Origin: Promethearchaeia archaeon
GTDB lineage: Archaea; Asgardarchaeota; Lokiarchaeia; Sigyniarchaeales; SOKP01
Reading direction: 5' to 3'
Length of the DNA: 64,000 nucleotides
Assembly: GCA_029856155.1 (NCBI GenBank)
Contig: JAHQWL010000052.1
Location: forward strand, 107,130-171,129
Every line of letters begins with the position of its first letter. Positions within the stretch are counted from its first letter, which is position 1. Both the position numbers and the translations under genes were made by a program. The notes under the pieces are model-generated. The model searched no databases, was not told the origin of the DNA, and saw only the letters and a program-made list of their open reading frames with translations. This document shows positions 19,805 through 30,087 of the stretch, in pieces.

Positions 19805-20761
19805 TTAGAAATTAGAATAAACCATAAATTTGTTTCCTGAACCAAGACTATAGATTTCAAAATTCGTTCCACGCTTGGTAGTCGCCATCATTTGTATCAT
19901 CGGAAAGAGATAAATCTGGGATGTGATTTGGGCATCTTCATCTTTTTCATGTTTTCTATAATCAGTCTTCGCGGCTCCTATAGTCTTACTGATATTTTTA
20001 TTCATATACCCTAAAGATGCTTCTGTCTTGGACTCTAATTCTTTAAAATCACTGAACTTTATTCCTTCGATATCTTCAATCATTTTATGAAGGTCTTCTC
20101 CGATTTCTTTTTCATATCTTGTTTGAGCACTACTATGTAAAATTGGGATTCCAGTTACTACAGTTTGAAAAGGAACTGGAAGAATTTCATATTTATACAT
20201 ATTTTTATGACCTCCACACTCCTTGCATGGTTCTATTCTGTTTCCAGTTCCATAACACACACCACACGGATACGAAAAGGGTTTTTTTTCTTTTTTTTGT
20301 TCTTCTCCAACTAAAACTGTAAATGTTTCCTCTATTTTTCCCGTTCCTTTACATGTCTTACATTTATCTTCGAGATATCCTTTCCCTTTACAATTTTTGC
20401 AAGGAACAGCTTGAATTGATTCAAAATGAGGGACTTTTTCATTCTCTTTCCAATTCTCCTTATTTATTTTGCCAGCACCTTTAAAAGAATAATACTGTTC
20501 TCTACCAACTCTTGGAGCTGTAACTAGGTTTTCATCTTTCCCCGTTGGAGTAGGTCCAAGAGATTTTTTAACAGCAAAATATATTGCTGCCTCTTTCATT
20601 GTATCCTTAACATATTCTGCTGCACTTATAGCATCTAAAGAGAAAACTGCTCCTTTGGTTCCAAATTGTTTTTCCATCTTCTTTCGATCTGTTCTTGCAA
20701 CTTTTTCCTTCCATTTCACCCATATATCATCGAGATTGGGTGTTTTTATCCTGGTTGACAT
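19805..20761 (-). CDS. DnaJ-type cysteine-rich Zn-finger protein lacking a J-domain
   Basis: CKNCKGKG, CKTCKGTG, CGVCYGTG, CKECGG repeats; no HPD motif. Confidence 0.75.
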   Translation of the reverse strand: MSTRIKTPNLDDIWVKWKEKVARTDRKKMEKQFGTKGAVFSLDAISAAEYVKDTMKEAAIYFAVKKSLGPTPTGKDENLVTAPRVGREQYYSFKGAGKINKENWKENEKVPHFESIQAVPCKNCKGKGYLEDKCKTCKGTGKIEETFTVLVGEEQKKEKKPFSYPCGVCYGTGNRIEPCKECGGHKNMYKYEILPVPFQTVVTGIPILHSSAQTRYEKEIGEDLHKMIEDIEGIKFSDFKELESKTEASLGYMNKNISKTIGAAKTDYRKHEKDEDAQITSQIYLFPMIQMMATTKRGTNFEIYSLGSGNKFMVYSNF

Positions 20762-20911
20762 TTTTTTTCACTTATAAAAATTAATTTTAAATTTAATTAA
20801 CTTTATTTAATTGATGTAGAATTATAAAAATATAAAATAGAATGATTTATAATTTTTATATAAAAGAAAATAAAAAATAAAACTAACTATAACAGAAAAG
20901 TCGAATAAAAA

Positions 20912-21073
20912 ATGTCTGCAGAAGAACGTCAATCTGTTGAATACTTCCTTGAGTGGATTAGAAATCAAGGTCTTTCGCAATGGTTGGAGCATTTTCTAAA
21001 TCAAGGCGATGAGACAAAACTTAGGCAAATTAAAGAAATCTATGATAAAATTAAACAAGTATTTGGATTTTAA
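20912..21073 (+). CDS. Small protein (53 aa) below ORF-track threshold
   Basis: ATG..TAA ORF MSAEERQSVEYFLEWIRNQGLSQWLEHFLNQGDETKLRQIKEIYDKIKQVFGF; coding-like GC in an AT-rich spacer; TTTTATATA box upstream and T-rich tract downstream. Confidence 0.65.
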   Translation: MSAEERQSVEYFLEWIRNQGLSQWLEHFLNQGDETKLRQIKEIYDKIKQVFGF

Positions 21074-21200
21074 TTTTAATCTATTTTTTATTATCTTAAT
21101 TCTTAATTTATTCTTAATTGATTTTAGGTTTTTTAGAATTTAGTAAAATTGAATTGTTGGTTTTCATTCTAATCTATTATTATTCACAATTGGTTTCAAA

Positions 21201-23867
21201 TTGAGTGTCCCTTTAAGATCTTATTTCATTGTTTTTGATAGAAATCGTGATCATAGAAAAGAATTGCTTTTTAATGTAAATTTCTTTTACCTTAAATCAT
21301 TTAAGAAAAAAAGATTCAAATTTACATATGTAAATGAGCCATTCTTTAGGGGAACCGTAATATTTGGGTTAGATTTTAAAAATAAAATGAGGCCGCTCAA
21401 TTTCAATAAAATAGAGAAAGATGGAAGTATTCAGCCAATTAATCCACATTTACTACGGAAATTTATTTTATCAAATGAAAACAAATTTATTGCTTTTTCA
21501 AGTCAAACTTCATCTGAGGATATCCTACCAGTAAGAGAGATGTTAAAAAGTTTACAATTTGATGCAGAAAATATAGTTAATTTGACTTTATGTAATTCTT
21601 GTTTGGATAAAAATAAATTTACTTTAATTAATCAAAATCTTCAAATTAAATCATATAAAAATCAAATAATTTGTTCTGAATGTGCTTTTGATATCGTATT
21701 AAATAGAATTAAGTTAACAGGTTTAATTTCTCAAGAAAAAATCAGTCCTAAATTAAAAAATTTTTTCATGCATTTATTACACAAATTTAGAGATATTAGA
21801 AAGGTATTGGAGGCTTTTAAAGCAGATTTTAATCCAGTAATCAATAGAGATATAACTCTTTATGATATTGAAAAAACACCTTCAATTAGTAAAAAATATC
21901 TTAATCAAAAAATAGAAAATCTGGATATTCATCCCGCATTAAAAAAAGTATTGAAAGGATTAAGCTTATTAACTTTATTACCAATCCAAGCAATATCAAT
22001 TGAAAAAGGTCTATTAACAGAACGTAATAATCAATTAATTATGGCCCCTACTTCTGGTGGAAAAACTCTTGTAGGAGAATTGACGGGGATTTCAAGAGTG
22101 TTAAATGACAGAAAAGCTAAAATGCTATATTTAGTCCCTATTGTTGCCTTAGCTAATATAAGAACGGAAGAATTTAAAGAGAAATATAGCCCAATTAAAT
22201 TAAAAGTCATTAAGAGAATTGGAGAGTCATTATTCGGAAAGAAAGAGGAGGATAATATTGAAGACTTAACTAAAGCACATGTCATTATTGCAACTTATGA
22301 AGCAATTGATTTTATCTTAAGAAGTGGAAATAAAGAGGTTTTAGGAGATATTGGTACAATAGTAATTGATGAAATTCAAACATTAATCGATCCAGATCGG
22401 GGTTTCATATTAGACGGTTTAATAGCTAGGTTAAAAACACAATTTAATTCTCAAATTCTATATTTAAGTGCAACCTTAGGAGAACCAGAGCATTTAGCAC
22501 AAAAATTAAAGTGTAAATTAATTAAGTATAATAATCGCCCAGTTCCAGTTGAACGTCATCTATTATTATGCTTAAATGAAGCTCAAAAACAAAAATATAT
22601 TTCTAAATTAATAAAAGCTGAATTTTCTATAAAATCGATATATGGTTTTAAAGGCCAAACGATAGTTTTTACAAATACTCGAAAAAAGTGTGAATCAATA
22701 TCATCCTATTTACAGCAAAAAGGTATCAATGTAGCATCCTATCATTCAGGACTAACAAATGAAGAGAGAAAGATTATTGAAAAAGAATTTCAATCTCAAA
22801 AAATAATGGGGGTCGTTGCAACAGCAGCGTTAGCAGCAGGAGTAGACCTTCCCGCTCGTCAGGTGATTTTTGAATCTTTATCTATGGGTATAAAGTGGTT
22901 ATCTGTTGCAGAATTCGAACAGATGCTTGGAAGAGCAGGAAGATTAAAAAAACATGAAAAAGGATTAGCTTATATACTTATTGAACCCGGAAAGATTTAT
23001 TCTCCTAAAATGAAAATTACTGAAGAAAATATAGCCATAAAATTATTAAATGGTAAAATTAAAGATTATGAGCTCAATCCTGACGAAAATAAATCTCAAA
23101 CCGAAATTCTTGCATTTATTTCCATGTTTAATCAACGGATTACAAAAGGACAAATTTTTGAATTTTATAAACATCTAATTAATGATTATTTCAATTTGGA
23201 AGAAATTTTGAAGAAATTAATTTCTTTTAATTTGATAGGAATAAAGGAAAATTTAACTCTCAAGGCTACTCGTTTAGGTATGTCAATTGCTAAGTCTTTT
23301 TTAAGTGTTGATGAAAGCCTTGAAATAATTGAAAAATTACAAAATAATTTAGCTACTCCGTTGGATATTGCTTTAGACTTAGAATTTCTAAGAAATGTGT
23401 ATTTATCAAAAAATATAGTTGCAGATTTATCTAAGAATATGAATATGAAATATTTTTCAAACAATTTATTCAGCGCCAGTGTGTTATCTTTAATGAATGC
23501 TGATTATGTTAAGAAAAGAAAAACGTTCTCACGTGATTTTATTGATTTTATAATGAAATTAACAAGCGATATATTTAATTGTAACTGCAAAGATAATCCT
23601 TATTGTGATTGCGGGCGTTTAAATCTGGAAAAATTAATAGTTAATCTACGTATTAAAGAAGACATGACAATTGAAGAAATCTCTAATTATTTGATTGAAG
23701 AATATAAGATATTAGTTTTTAAAGGAGATCTTATTGATTATTTAGAGAATTTAATCTATAGTCTAGAAAGCATTAAAAATATTGCAGAAGGACTATCTAA
23801 TTTAAATAAAAACTATGTAAGGGAGATTGAGGAAATTCCATACTTAATAGAACGGATAAAGTATTAG
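21201..23867 (+). CDS. Archaeal Ski2-like SF2 helicase (ASH-Ski2-like)
   Basis: APTSGGKT, DEIQ, LSAT, TAALAAGVDLPA, QMLGRAGR; N-terminal CxxC...CxxC and C-terminal CNC..PYCDCG. Confidence 0.85.
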   Translation: MSVPLRSYFIVFDRNRDHRKELLFNVNFFYLKSFKKKRFKFTYVNEPFFRGTVIFGLDFKNKMRPLNFNKIEKDGSIQPINPHLLRKFILSNENKFIAFSSQTSSEDILPVREMLKSLQFDAENIVNLTLCNSCLDKNKFTLINQNLQIKSYKNQIICSECAFDIVLNRIKLTGLISQEKISPKLKNFFMHLLHKFRDIRKVLEAFKADFNPVINRDITLYDIEKTPSISKKYLNQKIENLDIHPALKKVLKGLSLLTLLPIQAISIEKGLLTERNNQLIMAPTSGGKTLVGELTGISRVLNDRKAKMLYLVPIVALANIRTEEFKEKYSPIKLKVIKRIGESLFGKKEEDNIEDLTKAHVIIATYEAIDFILRSGNKEVLGDIGTIVIDEIQTLIDPDRGFILDGLIARLKTQFNSQILYLSATLGEPEHLAQKLKCKLIKYNNRPVPVERHLLLCLNEAQKQKYISKLIKAEFSIKSIYGFKGQTIVFTNTRKKCESISSYLQQKGINVASYHSGLTNEERKIIEKEFQSQKIMGVVATAALAAGVDLPARQVIFESLSMGIKWLSVAEFEQMLGRAGRLKKHEKGLAYILIEPGKIYSPKMKITEENIAIKLLNGKIKDYELNPDENKSQTEILAFISMFNQRITKGQIFEFYKHLINDYFNLEEILKKLISFNLIGIKENLTLKATRLGMSIAKSFLSVDESLEIIEKLQNNLATPLDIALDLEFLRNVYLSKNIVADLSKNMNMKYFSNNLFSASVLSLMNADYVKKRKTFSRDFIDFIMKLTSDIFNCNCKDNPYCDCGRLNLEKLIVNLRIKEDMTIEEISNYLIEEYKILVFKGDLIDYLENLIYSLESIKNIAEGLSNLNKNYVREIEEIPYLIERIKY

Positions 23868-25057
23868 GTTAAGTGAATTTCTACTATATCCATGTCCTTT
23901 AAAATATAATCTAAACCAACCTTTTTACGCTTTTGACGTTCACCTTCTCGTATAATTATAGCATGATCGAAAGAATCATAAAAACTTCTATGAACTTTTA
24001 ATGCAACTTCCTTAACGGTAGTGATCTCATCCATTATCAATGGTTGTTCAGCTATAATTCCATTACTCATAGTATATATCCTAATTTTCTTTAAGAATTT
24101 TAATATTATATCACCAAAATCTCTAGGAAAATTCTCTTTTTGATAACTTGTCCCTAAAATTAGAGGAAATCTATCTGAATACTTGCTTTTTAATTTTTCA
24201 AAAATATCTTGAGTATAAGAAAGATCTCCCTTAGTTCCTAGTATTATTACCTTCTTATATACAACAGAGGGAGTTAAAACGTCTATTACATTATCAAGGG
24301 TTATCTCACCATAAATTTTTACAATCCCATTACGAATTCCATTTTCATATACAATTTCTTTTATTTCTTCTGTTAATTCATCTAATCCTTCAATCCCCTG
24401 TGCCTCTTTAGTCAGATAAAGCACTTGAATTTTGTGTGCTCCTGTTTTTTCAATTATTAAAGGTGGGGGTGATATATTTATTCGAATATCAGCTCTAGAT
24501 AATTCATTTAATAATAAATTCATTTGTTCTTCAATATTTCTTGATAGATCTATACAAAAACATAATAAATCGGCTGCTCGAAGTTGTGATAGGATTTCTT
24601 TTCCATTTCCAATCCCATCAGAAGCACCCTCCATGATAGAAGGCATGTCGACGATTTGAAAACGGATTTTTTGATATTGATAAATTCCAATTTCTGGCAA
24701 AGCGGTAAATTTTCCAATTTTCTCTTCTGCGGCTCCAGTTAGTAAATTCAGAAGTGATGTTTTTCCAACTCCAGGAGTTTGAAAACTGCTGATTAATATC
24801 ACTTGAATTCCTTCCTTTTTTATTGAGAATGGGCTAATAATTTTTTGTGTAATTTTTTGTTTTTGCTTACGATTGTCTAATTCACGCTTCATCTTTGCTA
24901 AGCGGGATTTATTAAGCGCAACAATTTTTTCTGTTGCTTTATGTTTAGGAACTAAGGACAAAAATTCCTCCAATTTTTTGATTCTATCTTCTAAAGCCCC
25001 AGCATCTAAATACTCTTGATATTTAGCTTTAGCTTGAGGAGGTAAATTGGAGCTCAA
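23864..25057 (-). CDS. DRG/OBG-family GTPase with TGS domain
   Basis: PKHKATEK N-terminus, GVGKT, DMP..EGAS.G.G.G, TKGD, C-terminal TGS (VGLDYILKDMDIVEI). Confidence 0.85.
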   Translation of the reverse strand: MSSNLPPQAKAKYQEYLDAGALEDRIKKLEEFLSLVPKHKATEKIVALNKSRLAKMKRELDNRKQKQKITQKIISPFSIKKEGIQVILISSFQTPGVGKTSLLNLLTGAAEEKIGKFTALPEIGIYQYQKIRFQIVDMPSIMEGASDGIGNGKEILSQLRAADLLCFCIDLSRNIEEQMNLLLNELSRADIRINISPPPLIIEKTGAHKIQVLYLTKEAQGIEGLDELTEEIKEIVYENGIRNGIVKIYGEITLDNVIDVLTPSVVYKKVIILGTKGDLSYTQDIFEKLKSKYSDRFPLILGTSYQKENFPRDFGDIILKFLKKIRIYTMSNGIIAEQPLIMDEITTVKEVALKVHRSFYDSFDHAIIIREGERQKRKKVGLDYILKDMDIVEIHLT

Positions 25058-25078
25058 ATTAAAATCCTTTTTTTATAT

Positions 25079-25534
25079 TTAAAATAAAGAACGAAATCTA
25101 TCTTCTGTTTTAAGTCTTAAATCCCCTAATGTTTCATTAATTCGGCTTTCAAATTGCTTAAAATATTTAGGTTTTTTCGAAAATATATCATTAAGTGGGT
25201 ATCGATTGAGAAAATAGGACAAAATTTGATTCAATTGATCTTTTACTATTGATGCATCTGTTCCTTTTTCTATTATAGCATATGATAATAAAGGTTGTCT
25301 ATTATCAGCATTATCATTAGGTAATTGAATCATCTCACAATAGCAAACTAATTTAAAGGAAGCTAAACTGATAATTGAAATATCATCTCCAAACACTTCA
25401 GTAGTAAAACTTTCAAGTGCTGTTAAAAATCCAGCACGCAAGTTTGAATCTAATAAATTGTCTGAAGATGAATAATACTTAATCTCAACTAAATTTCGCA
25501 TTCCTAAATTAATTCCTACTTCAAGAATTGCCAT
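25079..25534 (-). CDS. Longin-like small alpha/beta protein
   Basis: LRAGFLTALESFTTEVFGDDI helix, beta strands, and L..I...FL.RY...F..F C-terminal helices typical of Asgard longin-type proteins. Confidence 0.6.
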   Translation of the reverse strand: MAILEVGINLGMRNLVEIKYYSSSDNLLDSNLRAGFLTALESFTTEVFGDDISIISLASFKLVCYCEMIQLPNDNADNRQPLLSYAIIEKGTDASIVKDQLNQILSYFLNRYPLNDIFSKKPKYFKQFESRINETLGDLRLKTEDRFRSLF

Positions 25535-25749
25535 TTTAATAAAGGATGTTTTTAATCTATCTAAAATATAATATATTTTCTACTACTTGTTTTATACTTA
25601 TAATTAAAGTTTTTAGTTCTATTTTTTTTTTAAGCTTTAATTAATATTATTTTTATCGTTTTTTTAGATTAAATTTGTTAATATTAGTTCTAATATTCAA
25701 TTAAATTCTTCTATAGTGATTTAAATTCTTAAAAGAAGAAGTCTAATAG

Positions 25750-26619
25750 TTAAATTTTAGTTAGATTTAATTGTTTTTTATAAGCCGTAAAGGTATTTTG
25801 TAGTAGAAAGTGAACTGTGAGAGGTCCCACTCCACCGGGAGAAGGTGTTATCGATGAACATTTTTCCAAAACATCTTCAAAATCAACATCTCCACATAAT
25901 TTACCCTCGATTCTGTTTGTACCAACATCGATGATCACAACACCTTCTTTAATTCTTTTTTTTGTTATAAATTTTGGTTTGCTTACTGCAACAATCAATA
26001 TATCCGCATTTTTAATATATCTATCAATATTTTTTGTTGATGTATGGCAAACAGAAACTGTGGCATTCCTTTTTAATAGTAAAAATATTAGCGGTTTACC
26101 TACTAAATTTGATCTATTTATAATGACAATATCTTTCCCTCTAAGTTCTATATTGTAATTTTCTAAAAGTGCTATTATTCCTTTAGGAGTACAGGGAGCT
26201 AATTCTTCATTGTAATCAAATAGTTTTCCCCTATTAATTGGATTTAAACCATCTACATCTTTTAAGGGTGATATTTTCTCTTGAAACTCAGCTGTAGCAT
26301 CTTTTAATTTTTCTGGAAGCGGGATTTGTAATAAAATACCATGAATATTAGAATCTTTGTTGAGTTTATCGATTTCATATAGAAGTTCTTGCTTTGAAAT
26401 ATCTTCTTTTAACTCAACAATAATAGAATCAATACCTACTTCTTTGCATGTTTTATGTTTAATGTTAACATAAACTTGAGAGGAGGGATCATTTCCCACA
26501 AGTATAGTAGCTAATTTTGGCCGCTTTCCCGTTTTTATTATCGCTTTTTTAATTTGCTCTTTTAATTCTGAATTTAATTTTTCTGCTAATATTTTTCCAT
26601 CTAAGATTTTAGTATTCAT
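25750..26619 (-). CDS. folD: Methylene-THF dehydrogenase/cyclohydrolase
   Basis: ILDGK, YVNIK, LLQIPLP, KDVDG, PCTPKG, RSNLVGKP and PGGVGP motifs. Confidence 0.95.
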   Translation of the reverse strand: MNTKILDGKILAEKLNSELKEQIKKAIIKTGKRPKLATILVGNDPSSQVYVNIKHKTCKEVGIDSIIVELKEDISKQELLYEIDKLNKDSNIHGILLQIPLPEKLKDATAEFQEKISPLKDVDGLNPINRGKLFDYNEELAPCTPKGIIALLENYNIELRGKDIVIINRSNLVGKPLIFLLLKRNATVSVCHTSTKNIDRYIKNADILIVAVSKPKFITKKRIKEGVVIIDVGTNRIEGKLCGDVDFEDVLEKCSSITPSPGGVGPLTVHFLLQNTFTAYKKQLNLTKI

Positions 26620-26700
26620 GATTCATCTTGAGTATAATAAAATTTGAAATTAAAAAAAGCAATTATATTAATATCAAAATATTGTATAAACTCAAAATCT

Positions 26701-27801
26701 TTATATTCTTGTTCTTCTCCAAAGAAAGATAGCTACTATAATAACTAATCCAATAGAACCAAAAACTATTCCTAAGATCCAGTAATTAAATTCTACCATC
26801 CAAATTTCACTGTAGAGACTAGACAAAGAATCTAATATTCTTAATGTCTCAAATGCATAATAACTAACCACAACTGAGGAGCTTTTCTGTTGATATCCTT
26901 CAGTGTTCTCTGCAAATCCACCATCTATAAAATTTTGATGTGTTAGTACCCAAGTTTTTATAAGACCTTTAAATAATTTGGTACTATCAATTATAGAAAC
27001 TGCTTTTACACAATAATATGTGCTGCTCAACAAGGCAATTTGAGCATAATCATCTGGCAAATATCCTCCATAATTATTAAGATCTGCAGAATTTATAACA
27101 TATAAAGATTGGAGATACCCTATTGTTTTAATAACACTATTTAACGCTTCGATTTCCCCTAATTCCTCTAAAATAAAAACTGCAAAACAGGTATCTACCA
27201 TAGTAGAACCAAGACTTTGATTGCTTCCATATCCCCCCTCGCTATTATAACATGAAAGAACCCAATTCTTATGTATTGATATATTTTCTAATGGTTTTTC
27301 TATTAATGAAAAAAGTTGAATACTGTAATAAGTTGAAGCTAAACTAACTAATTTGGTAGTATTTGAATAAGAAAATCCACCTGTTATTTGTTCAGTATCA
27401 TTTAGATATTTATAAATTTTATTTTCTAAATCAAGATTAATTTCATAATCCTCATCTAAGATATTGAGCGATTTCATTAAAAAGAATAAATCATATAAAT
27501 TTTCTTCATAATTATTAAACATTTCCTCAATATTATCTTCTAAAGTGCTTTTAAGTGTTTCAATATTATGTGGATTTACTGCAAAATAATTTAATATATC
27601 CAAAGCATAAGTTGTTGCTTCAAAAGATATGTCATCACTGCTACCAATAGCATTAGTAAAACCCTCACCTTCAATTTCATTTTGATATATAAAACTAGTT
27701 AAATAATACTGCCGTGTTTTTGCTAACGCACTCGGTATTGCATTTATTGCCAAAAATATTACAATTGTACCTATGATCAAACTCCGATATTTATGCTTCA
27801 A
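26701..27801 (-). CDS. Secreted, membrane-anchored prenyltransferase-beta-like (alpha/alpha) repeat protein
   Basis: Signal peptide, repeated Q/N..GG(F/Y)...STYY(A/C)V units, C-terminal TM followed by RRTR. Confidence 0.7.
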   Translation of the reverse strand: MKHKYRSLIIGTIVIFLAINAIPSALAKTRQYYLTSFIYQNEIEGEGFTNAIGSSDDISFEATTYALDILNYFAVNPHNIETLKSTLEDNIEEMFNNYEENLYDLFFLMKSLNILDEDYEINLDLENKIYKYLNDTEQITGGFSYSNTTKLVSLASTYYSIQLFSLIEKPLENISIHKNWVLSCYNSEGGYGSNQSLGSTMVDTCFAVFILEELGEIEALNSVIKTIGYLQSLYVINSADLNNYGGYLPDDYAQIALLSSTYYCVKAVSIIDSTKLFKGLIKTWVLTHQNFIDGGFAENTEGYQQKSSSVVVSYYAFETLRILDSLSSLYSEIWMVEFNYWILGIVFGSIGLVIIVAIFLWRRTRI

Positions 27802-27954
27802 ATAATAAAACCTATCTGTTAACTAAAAATTTAATTTTAAAAATATATCTTGAAATTAAAAAGTAACTATATATTAAAAGAATTCAAGGGAATATTTCAA
27901 TTTTATATAATTAAGTAAGAAATACAAATAAAAATCCAAATACTTATTTATTAC

Positions 27955-29469
27955 TTAAAGAATCTCGCTAATATCTCTATATAATAGATCCCTATTTGTT
28001 TGGAATTGTTCATAAGTAATAAATAACTGTTGGAAAGAAGGTAAACTTCCTAAAATAGCAGCACCTGTAAAAATAGCAAACTGAAGATTATCGGGTACAA
28101 AAAAATTAATTATTTTATTAGCAGATTCCATGAATTCAGAAAATTCTTGAGCAGGTGATTTTTTAGAAATTGCTTCAGGGATTTCAGTTTTTTCTAAATT
28201 TTCCATGGATGCTCCACAATAAGGACAGAAAAGTGAAGATATATCAGTTATTTCCCTCAAACAATTAGGACATTTATCTCTTTTTTTATTATTTTGATTT
28301 AATGCTCCAATCTTTATTTCAGGTAATACTAATACCCCACCACACGAAGGGCATAATTTTTTTCCATCATTTAAGTTTACAAAACTACCACAATGCGGGC
28401 AAGTATCTTCTTTCTTTTTTGAGATTTCAACAGCTTGTAATTTAATTAATTCACTTTTCATTGCAGAAAGAGGTGCGACCGGTTTAGGAATCTTACCTAG
28501 TTGAGAAAGGAGTGGATCCAATTCTGATTCAAAGCGTTCTTGAAACCCACTATATGAAAGATTTCCTCCGGAAAATACTATATGAGATAAAAGATCATGC
28601 CAATAGTGATTATCTATTGCTCTTAAACTAGCAATAACTGCTTGAGTTATATTCATTATATTTGTATATCCTAACATAGCGGGATTAAATAAAACTTCTG
28701 GAGCTTGATAGAGGATATAAGTTGGGACGTTGATGCTTGATCCATCAGGCATCGGAACACTAAACATTTCTCCTGTCGTAGAAGGTTTATTAGGATCCAA
28801 TACAAAATAGCAATTCTTTTCTTTTATCTCTTGAATGATCTCATCCGCTGCACTTGAAGAAATACTAACACCTTCTCTCATTAGGAGACTTTTTAAGTTT
28901 TGATTAACATCTACACCTGCTAATGGAAGCTTCTGAACAGCATGTTGGACTATCTGTCCATTAACTATTGGAACTATCCATGTCAATCCATCTCCACTTT
29001 CAATTACTAACCCAGTCGTCAATCCAACGCTAAACATAGATAATAATGGCGTTGGCATCATAATTAAACTTTTAACTTGATGAGTTTCAAAGAAAAGTCT
29101 TGCAATATACTCCTTGGTATCTCTTTGCAGAAAAGGAGATTCACAATAAAAAACAGGATAATTCGATAGATTCTCTATTCTAAGCAGTGAATAAAAAATG
29201 TAATTTAACACTTCATAGAAACTATCCCAATCCATGATCTCCCCCCTTGCTATCGGGTGTTTTATTTTAAGAACGCCACGCATTCTAGATACATCATTTC
29301 CAACATATATACTTCTAGCACTTACATCAACCATCACAGATTTATATTTTTCAGTTCCAGTAATGCAAGGAAAAACAAATCTTGGTCCAGGTTCTCCTGA
29401 AAATCCTATTTTGACATATGCTGAACCAATATCAATTATAATTGGTGTGCCAGGAAAGGGTAGTGCCAT
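27955..29469 (-). CDS. Actin-related protein with zinc-ribbon insertion
   Basis: IIDIGSAYVKIGFSGE.GPRFVFP, HPI.RG, LFFET, TGLVIESGDG, AG.D, IKEK.CY, APEVLFNP, SGG, GAAILGSL..FQ; four CxxC motifs inserted. Confidence 0.92.
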   Translation of the reverse strand: MALPFPGTPIIIDIGSAYVKIGFSGEPGPRFVFPCITGTEKYKSVMVDVSARSIYVGNDVSRMRGVLKIKHPIARGEIMDWDSFYEVLNYIFYSLLRIENLSNYPVFYCESPFLQRDTKEYIARLFFETHQVKSLIMMPTPLLSMFSVGLTTGLVIESGDGLTWIVPIVNGQIVQHAVQKLPLAGVDVNQNLKSLLMREGVSISSSAADEIIQEIKEKNCYFVLDPNKPSTTGEMFSVPMPDGSSINVPTYILYQAPEVLFNPAMLGYTNIMNITQAVIASLRAIDNHYWHDLLSHIVFSGGNLSYSGFQERFESELDPLLSQLGKIPKPVAPLSAMKSELIKLQAVEISKKKEDTCPHCGSFVNLNDGKKLCPSCGGVLVLPEIKIGALNQNNKKRDKCPNCLREITDISSLFCPYCGASMENLEKTEIPEAISKKSPAQEFSEFMESANKIINFFVPDNLQFAIFTGAAILGSLPSFQQLFITYEQFQTNRDLLYRDISEIL

Positions 29470-29571
29470 TTTCTATCAATATTACAATTTTTTTGGTTTT
29501 TCTTATTAATAATCTAAAATTAATGATTGTTATAATTTTTTTATAAAATTAATAAATAAGAATTCTTTTAA

Positions 29572-29997
29572 TTATTTTTGAAAAAATTCAAGAAGAGTTT
29601 TTAAGATTCCATTTTGTATAACCAATCCTATTAATTCATTATTTTCATTTACAACTGGAAGTCTTTGAATTTTTTTGAATATCATTTTCTCTAATACATA
29701 CTGTAATGTATCATCTTCTTTTACAATAAAAGGTTCTGGTGTCATTAAATCCTTCACAATTGTATTTGGTGAATTTAAACTCATTGCAAATCTAGCCAAA
29801 CGTATATCTCTTTGTGTAATAATACCAATAAGTTGTTTATTTTTACGATCTTTCACAACAGGAAGTCCACCAATATTTTTCCTGACCATCAAAAGTTCAG
29901 TGGTACTGATTTTTTCTTTTGGAATAGTAAAAAGTGGATCTTTAATCATAATATCGGAGACTTTTATCTTACTTAATTGCGTTAATCGGTCTTCCAT
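29572..29997 (-). CDS. CBS-pair domain protein
   Basis: Two CBS repeats (KVSDIM, GLPVV..LIGIIT; VKDLMT, RLPVV..LIGLV). Confidence 0.9.
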   Translation of the reverse strand: MEDRLTQLSKIKVSDIMIKDPLFTIPKEKISTTELLMVRKNIGGLPVVKDRKNKQLIGIITQRDIRLARFAMSLNSPNTIVKDLMTPEPFIVKEDDTLQYVLEKMIFKKIQRLPVVNENNELIGLVIQNGILKTLLEFFQK

Positions 29998-30087
29998 GTA
30001 AAACCCAATATTATATAATTATTTGAAAAGACAAAGTTACTAAGTTCCTTAATGAAAGTAATCAATATTGAAATTAAAATATATTTA

